A DNA stretch of 64,000 bases from Rhodospirillales bacterium. GTDB lineage: Bacteria > Pseudomonadota > Alphaproteobacteria > Rhodospirillales > 2-12-FULL-67-15. Below the pieces are notes generated by a model, which saw nothing but the letters and a program-made list of their open reading frames with translations, had not been told where the DNA came from and did no database searches. The stretch is from NCBI GenBank assembly GCA_016872535.1, contig VGZQ01000003.1, positions 9,856 to 73,855 of the forward strand. Reading direction: 5' to 3'. Of the stretch, positions 58,917 to 64,000 are shown in pieces (position 1 is the stretch's first letter; each line of letters starts with the position of its first letter). The translations under genes were made by a program, and so were the position numbers.

Positions 58917-59576
58917 TCAGCGCCAGTGGGGCGGATAGGTTTTGTCGTATCCCGGCAGCGCCCGAATCCGCTCGCGCCATTTTTCGATCGCCGGATAGCG
59001 TTCGGCGAACGGCAACAGGCCGAGGCCGAGCGGCTGGGCGCTGTCCTTGCCGGCGGCGCGCAGCAGGATTTCGATGGAAGGATAAACCGCCAGATCGGCG
59101 GCGCTGAGCCGGTCGAGGGCAAGCCAATCGTTGTCGCTCAAGCGGCGTTCCATGATCCCGAGCTCGTCGTGGGCCTCGGGAACGGCGGCGCGGATGTCGT
59201 CCGTATTGTCCTCGACGGTCCCGAACAGGACCGGAACAACGATCCGAAGGCCGGCGGGCTCCAGGTAGTAGACCAAATCGGATATCGCCTTCCACACCCG
59301 GCCGGTTTCCTCCGCGCTCCGCCCGAACAGGGGCGGGTCGGGATATTTGCGGTCGAGATAGGCCATGATGGCGATGGATTCGGCCAGCACGTAGTCGCCG
59401 TCCTTGATCGTCGGCACCTTGCCGCGCGGATTGAGGGCGAGGAACCCGGGCGCCTTGTGCTCCTCCTTCGCGAATTGGAGCAGGCGCGAAACGTACGGAA
59501 TTTTCTTCGCTTCGAGCGTCAACAGCACGCGCCAGGCGGGCGGGCTGCCGCTGCCCCAATAGACTTCGAGCGTCAT
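58917..59576 (-). CDS. Glutathione S-transferase
   Basis: Start at ATG 59576 (MTLEVYWGSGSPPAWRV...). Thioredoxin-like N-domain with LNPRGKVPT and ESIAIMAYL. Confidence 0.85.
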   Translation of the reverse strand: MTLEVYWGSGSPPAWRVLLTLEAKKIPYVSRLLQFAKEEHKAPGFLALNPRGKVPTIKDGDYVLAESIAIMAYLDRKYPDPPLFGRSAEETGRVWKAISDLVYYLEPAGLRIVVPVLFGTVEDNTDDIRAAVPEAHDELGIMERRLSDNDWLALDRLSAADLAVYPSIEILLRAAGKDSAQPLGLGLLPFAERYPAIEKWRERIRALPGYDKTYPPHWR

Positions 59577-59637
59577 GGTTTTCTCCTGTCGTGTCGTCAA
59601 CGGCTCGGCGGCGGACTATACTGGGGGCGGCGTGTCT

Positions 59638-59662
59638 AGTCACTTGCTTTTTACAAGTTACT
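59638..59662. promoter_or_regulatory. Imperfect inverted repeat AGTCACTTG-N7-CAAGTTACT in the GST/hxlR divergent spacer (candidate HxlR operator)
   Basis: 8 of 9 arm positions are complementary. It ends 8 nt upstream of the hxlR ATG. Confidence 0.3.
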
Positions 59663-59669
59663 GATCGGA

Positions 59670-60122
59670 ATGCGATTCATGGCGAGGGTGGCGACCGACA
59701 AACCGGCGAAACGGGGGCGCAAGGGCGGATTCCGCTCCGGGTGCCCGATCGTCTGCGCGCTCGATCTGGTCGGCGACAAGTGGAGCCTGGTCGTCGTGCG
59801 CGACATGATGCTGGGCAAAAGGAAATACCGGGAATTCCTGGAATCACCCGAGGGCATCCCGACCAACATCCTGGCCGACCGCCTGAAATCTCTCGAAGGG
59901 CAGGGGATCGTCCGCCGCCGGCGCTACCAAGCGCACCCGGTCCGCCACGAATACGCGCTCACCCGGAAGGGGGCGGAGTTGCTGCCGGTGCTGCAGCAAT
60001 TCGTGATCTGGGCGCGCAAGCACGTGCCCGGGCGCTGGGGCGATCCGCCCAAGGGGTTTTTCGGGGCGACGCCCGACGACCTTCTGAAACCAAAATCGAA
60101 AACGCCCGGCGGAAAGAACTAG
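59670..60122 (+). CDS. HxlR family (winged-helix, MarR-like) transcriptional regulator
   Basis: 150-aa ORF. CPIVCALDLVGDKWSLVVVRDM ... YALTRKG, typical of HxlR. Confidence 0.85.
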   Translation: MRFMARVATDKPAKRGRKGGFRSGCPIVCALDLVGDKWSLVVVRDMMLGKRKYREFLESPEGIPTNILADRLKSLEGQGIVRRRRYQAHPVRHEYALTRKGAELLPVLQQFVIWARKHVPGRWGDPPKGFFGATPDDLLKPKSKTPGGKN

Positions 60123-60125
60123 GTT

Positions 60126-60953
60126 CTACTTTCCGAGCAGCTTCTTCATGGTGTCGCCGGCGGCGCCGGCCGCCCCTTCGAGCGCCTTGGTCGCTCCTTG
60201 CGCCGCTTCACCGGCCGCCTTGGCGGCGCCTTCGGCCGCGCCCTTGGCGAGGCCGCTCGCCTCCCCAATCAGCTTATCGATGTTGAGGGTCCCGGCTGCG
60301 TTGCGTGCGCCCTGGGAGATGGAGGCCATCAATCGTTCGCCCACCTCCTCGGGCGTGGCGCCCTTCTTTTCCTTGCCGATGTCCTTCAAGTGGATGTTGG
60401 GCAGCGGCGCGTCCAGCTGCTTACCCTTGAGCAGCGCGTGGCTGACACCGACCTTGCCGTCGCGCACGTAAAGATTGTCGATGATCAGTTTCGGTCCTTC
60501 GCCTTTTTTCTCGTCTTTTTTCGCGCCGCCCGCGCCCATCTTTTGGGCGTAGCTTTGCGCGTTTTTCTGGAGGGCGTCGAAGTTGGAGCCGCCGGAGGCC
60601 ATCTCGTAGGTCACCTGCGGCGCAGCGATCAAAACCTCCTTCAGCACGATGACATCCTTGGTGGTGCGGGCGGTATCGAGCGTCACCTTGACCTCGCCCA
60701 GCCTGAGGGCCGCGGGAGTGGCGAACCCTTGCGGATTTCCGACCACTAGGCCGGCGAGGCGGCCTTGACCGTTCTTCACTGAAACGTCGGCTTCGGCGAG
60801 CGTCACCTTCGCCTGCAACGCCTCGCGGCCGTAGGTTTCGACCGCGGCCTTGATCAGCGAGCCGATGTTGGACAACAGCACCGTGACCGCGATGGCGGCG
60901 ACCGCGATCAGGGCGACCGCGCCGCCGCCGACAATCCATAAGGTGCGTTTCAT
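60126..60953 (-). CDS. Membrane-anchored hypothetical protein: AsmA-N-terminal-like region plus Ala/Lys/Gly-rich low-complexity tail
   Basis: 275 aa from ATG 60953 after AAGAGGAA, with a single N-terminal TM helix (LWIVGGGAVALIAVAAIAVTVLL). The tail is GLAKGAAEGAAKAAGEAAQGATKALEGAAGAAG. Confidence 0.55.
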   Translation of the reverse strand: MKRTLWIVGGGAVALIAVAAIAVTVLLSNIGSLIKAAVETYGREALQAKVTLAEADVSVKNGQGRLAGLVVGNPQGFATPAALRLGEVKVTLDTARTTKDVIVLKEVLIAAPQVTYEMASGGSNFDALQKNAQSYAQKMGAGGAKKDEKKGEGPKLIIDNLYVRDGKVGVSHALLKGKQLDAPLPNIHLKDIGKEKKGATPEEVGERLMASISQGARNAAGTLNIDKLIGEASGLAKGAAEGAAKAAGEAAQGATKALEGAAGAAGDTMKKLLGK

Positions 60954-61124
60954 GGGCGATGTTCCTCTTTCCCGGGCTATATAGACGATTCGGCGGTCCC
61001 TATGGTAGCCTCTTTCGGTCGGGCCACGGCAGGCGCCCGGCGACACCAAGACGAATCCCCGCATAAGTTTTCCCGCGAAGGTCGTCCAAGCTCTGCCCTG
61101 CTCGTGCATCGAGGAGGGTAATCC

Positions 61125-61943
61125 ATGTCTGCGTCCAATTCGTCCGCGTCTTCCGCCGCTCCGTCCATCGCCCCCACCGAACTCTGCGCGCTGCTCGACC
61201 GCGGTGGGGCGATTTTCTATGACGTCCGCCGTCGCGTCCGTTACGAAGAAAGCGGCGAAGCGATCCCCGGCGCCCCCTGGCGCGATCCGAGCGAAATCGA
61301 ATCGTGGTCGCGCCATTTGTTGCCCAGTCGCGCGGTGGTGGTGACCTGCGTCCACGGCCACGAGGTGAGCCAGAACGCCGCCGCCGTGCTCAAGGCGCGC
61401 GGGCTCGATGCGCGCTATCTCGCGGGTGGTGTCGAAGGCTGGCGCCAGGCGGGACTGCCGCTCGTTCGCCAGGCGCCGCCGGCCAAGGGTTCCGCCTGGA
61501 TCACCCGCGGGAAACCGAAGATCGATCGCATCGCCTGCCCGTGGCTGGTGAAGCGTTTTTACGATCCTTCCGCGCGCTTTCTTTACGTGCCGGCCGATCG
61601 CGTGCTGGCCGAGGCCGAGGCGAACGGCGCGATCCCCTACGACGTGCCCGGCGTCGAAATGAGCCACGACGGCGAGCTGTGCAGTTTCGACACCATGATC
61701 CGGCGCTTGGGACTGAAGGAACCCGCGCTCACGGACCTAGCCGTGATTGTGCGCGGCGCCGATACGGGGCGCCCCGAGTTGTCGCCAGTGGCGCCGGGGT
61801 TGCTCGCGGTGTCGCTCGGGCTTTCGGCCATGTTTGCCGACGACCAGGAAATGCTCGGTCACGGCATGGTGGTGTATGATGCGCTCTACGCGTGGCTCTT
61901 AAGGGCACGGGGCGAAACCCACGGCTGGCCGTCGAAGGCCTGA
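61125..61943 (+). CDS. chrB: Rhodanese domain fused to ChrB C-terminal (chromate resistance) domain
   Basis: 272-aa ORF after GAGGAGGG. The rhodanese-like N-half has a CVHGHEVS active-site loop. The C-half has IDRIACPWLVKRF...LCSFD, typical of ChrB_C. Confidence 0.8.
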   Translation: MSASNSSASSAAPSIAPTELCALLDRGGAIFYDVRRRVRYEESGEAIPGAPWRDPSEIESWSRHLLPSRAVVVTCVHGHEVSQNAAAVLKARGLDARYLAGGVEGWRQAGLPLVRQAPPAKGSAWITRGKPKIDRIACPWLVKRFYDPSARFLYVPADRVLAEAEANGAIPYDVPGVEMSHDGELCSFDTMIRRLGLKEPALTDLAVIVRGADTGRPELSPVAPGLLAVSLGLSAMFADDQEMLGHGMVVYDALYAWLLRARGETHGWPSKA

Positions 61944-61970
61944 AGTGGGAGATGGGAGGGGGAAAACAGC

Positions 61971-63332
61971 ATGACGCAGGCGGTAAAACCCGACGCGGTG
62001 CCGATGGCCGACGCGCTCAAGGTCTGGGTCCGGGTTGCGGCTTTGAGCTTCGGCGGGCCGGTGGCGCAGATCGCGGTCATGCACCGCATCGTGGTCGAGG
62101 AAAAACGCTGGATCGGCGAGGAGCGATTCCTGCACGCGCTCAACTACTGCATGCTGCTGCCGGGGCCGGAAGCGACCCAGATGGCAGTCTATCTCGGCTG
62201 GCTGCTCAACAAGGCGTGGGGCGGCTTCCTCGCCGGCTTCCTGTTCGTGCTGCCCGGCGTTGTCGTGATGATGGTCTTGAGCGTGATTTACTCCGGCTAC
62301 GGCGAAATGCCGGTGGTGGCGGCGGTGTTCTACGGCATCAAGGCCGCGGTGCTCGCGATCGTGATCGAGGCGATGGTGCGCATCGGCAAGCGCGCGCTCA
62401 AGACCGAGGCGCAATACGCCATCGCCGCGCTCGCCTTCGTCGCCATCTTCTTCCTCGATGCGCCGTTCCCGCTGATCATCGTCGCCGCCGGCGTCGCCGG
62501 ATACCTGGGCTCGCGCGCATGGCCGGCACAGTTTTCGCCGGGCGCCGGCCACGGTAAGAAAGCCAACATGCCGCCCCCGGTGATCGCCGAGGAGAGCTTG
62601 CACGAAGTCGCGCCGAGCACGCGCCGGACTCTCTGGATTTCGCTTCTGTTCGCCGTGGTCTGGCTCGGGCCGGTGGTCGCAGTCATGGCCTGGCTCGGGT
62701 TCGCCGACGTCTTTTCACAGATCGGATTCTTCTTCAGCAAGCTTGCGGTGGTGACCTTCGGCGGCGCCTACGCGGTGCTCGCCTATATGGCGCAGCAGGC
62801 GGTCGAGACCTACGGCTGGGTCACGGCGGGCGAGATGCTGGACGGGCTCGGCTTGGCCGAAACCACGCCGGGGCCGCTGATCATGGTGACGCAGTTCATC
62901 GGCTTTCTTGCCGCCTTCCGCGATCCGGGCGGCTTGACGCCAATCACGGCAGGGGTGCTGGGTGGCCTGATGGCGACCTGGGCGACGTTCGGGCCGTCGT
63001 TTTTCCTGATCTTTCTCGGCGCGCCGTACATCGAGGCGCTGCGCCAAAATAAGGCGCTCTCGGCCGCGCTCGCCGCCATCACCGCGGCGGTGGTGGGCGT
63101 GGTGCTCAACCTCGCCGTCTGGTTCGCGGTCCACGTCATGTTCGCCGACGTGCGCGAAGTGGCCCTCGGCCCGTTCAAGGCGCCGTGGCCCGCATGGGCG
63201 AGCCTGGATCCCATGACCGCGATTCTCTCGCTCGCCGCGCTCGTCGCCATGCTCCGCTTCAAGATCGGCATGCTGACGACGCTGGCGGCGGCCGCCTTGA
63301 TCGGGGTGGTGTGGAAACTGGGGTCGTTGTAG
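61971..63332 (+). CDS. chrA: Chromate ion transporter ChrA (CHR family, two-domain)
   Basis: 453-aa polytopic ORF. FGGPVAQIAVMH and TPGPL motifs repeated in both halves. Confidence 0.9.
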   Translation: MTQAVKPDAVPMADALKVWVRVAALSFGGPVAQIAVMHRIVVEEKRWIGEERFLHALNYCMLLPGPEATQMAVYLGWLLNKAWGGFLAGFLFVLPGVVVMMVLSVIYSGYGEMPVVAAVFYGIKAAVLAIVIEAMVRIGKRALKTEAQYAIAALAFVAIFFLDAPFPLIIVAAGVAGYLGSRAWPAQFSPGAGHGKKANMPPPVIAEESLHEVAPSTRRTLWISLLFAVVWLGPVVAVMAWLGFADVFSQIGFFFSKLAVVTFGGAYAVLAYMAQQAVETYGWVTAGEMLDGLGLAETTPGPLIMVTQFIGFLAAFRDPGGLTPITAGVLGGLMATWATFGPSFFLIFLGAPYIEALRQNKALSAALAAITAAVVGVVLNLAVWFAVHVMFADVREVALGPFKAPWPAWASLDPMTAILSLAALVAMLRFKIGMLTTLAAAALIGVVWKLGSL

Positions 63333-63369
63333 AAAGAAGGTTGCATTCTCGCGATCGAAAGCTGCGATC

Positions 63370-64000
63370 ATGTGCCGCTGGCTCGCCTATCTCGGACGGC
63401 CCGTTTTCCTCGAAAAATACCTGTTCGAGCCCGAGCATTCTTTAATCGCGCAGAGCCTCAACCCGGAGCGCACGGCCGTCACCGCCAACGGCGACGGCTT
63501 CGGGGTCGGCTGGTACGGCGAACGCGACCAGCCCGGGCTTTACCGCGAAATCCTGCCCGCTTGGAACGATCCCAACCTCCGGAGCCTCGCGGCCCAGATC
63601 CGCTCGCGGCTATTTTTCGCCCACGTGCGCGCCTCGACCGGCACCGAAACCTCGCGCGCCAACTGCCATCCGTTCGTGCACGGCAAGTGGATGTTCATGC
63701 ACAACGGCCAGATCGGCGATTACGAACGGGTGCGCCGGGCGTTGGACGCGCTGCTGCCAGATTCGCTATACGCGCACCGGCGCGGTACCACCGACAGCGA
63801 GACATTCTTTTATCTGCTGCTCCATTTTGGACTCGAATCCGATCCGGAAGACGCCTGGCGCAAGACGGTCGCGGCCGTGCTCGAAGAAATGAAGCGCGCC
63901 GGCGCGACGCAGCCCTTCCGCATGACCGCGATCCTGACCGACGGCAAGGTCCTCTACGCGCTCCGCTACGCGACCGACCCGGTGCCGCCGAGCCTTTATT
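63370..64000 (+). CDS. Class II (Ntn) glutamine amidotransferase, YafJ/EgtC-like; 3-prime end beyond window
   Basis: ATG 63370 gives MCRWLAYLG... (Cys2 nucleophile), GDGFGVGWY, HVRASTG, NCHPF, HNGQI. Absent from the ORF track because it is truncated by the window end. Confidence 0.8.
   Translation, partial: MCRWLAYLGRPVFLEKYLFEPEHSLIAQSLNPERTAVTANGDGFGVGWYGERDQPGLYREILPAWNDPNLRSLAAQIRSRLFFAHVRASTGTETSRANCHPFVHGKWMFMHNGQIGDYERVRRALDALLPDSLYAHRRGTTDSETFFYLLLHFGLESDPEDAWRKTVAAVLEEMKRAGATQPFRMTAILTDGKVLYALRYATDPVPPSLY

Overview
High-GC (about 65-67%), very gene-dense chromosomal window. Gene order suggests an alphaproteobacterium, possibly Rhodospirillales-like; this is inferred from synteny, not searched. 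I call 62 protein-coding genes. I found no rRNA, tRNA, CRISPR array, transposase, integrase or phage genes.

Most of the window is core housekeeping:
- purF-cvpA-radA and dnaB-alr
- rpsF-rpsR-(membrane protein)-rplI
- fabD-fabG-acpP-fabF-mltG
- yicC-gmk
- lptF-lptG-lptD-surA-pdxA-rsmA
- ndk, purM-purN, hda, rnd, aspS, rhlE

Accessory-looking parts:
- 1-8506: a phosphonate / 2-aminoethylphosphonate (AEP) locus. It has two ABC importers, phnW and a divergent DeoR regulator. A periplasmic cytochrome c / P460-like fusion gene is embedded in it, and a paired G/C-homopolymer hairpin element lies between phnS and phnT.
- A split Fe(III) ABC system behind an AT-rich palindromic operator.
- A GGDEF(GSDEF)-EAL gene next to an AT-rich island.
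- An HxlR/GST/TfoX-N module.
- A rhodanese-ChrB/ChrA chromate pair.

I do not see a convincing novel multi-gene system such as a defence island. The best candidates for follow-up are the cytochrome-in-phosphonate-operon arrangement, the G-rich structured element in front of phnT, a zinc-ribbon ORF translationally coupled to a UUG-initiated rnd, an orphan consensus promoter in the largest intergenic gap, and the structured rhlE leader. Many long ORFs in the track are antisense or out-of-frame artefacts of high GC and were rejected.
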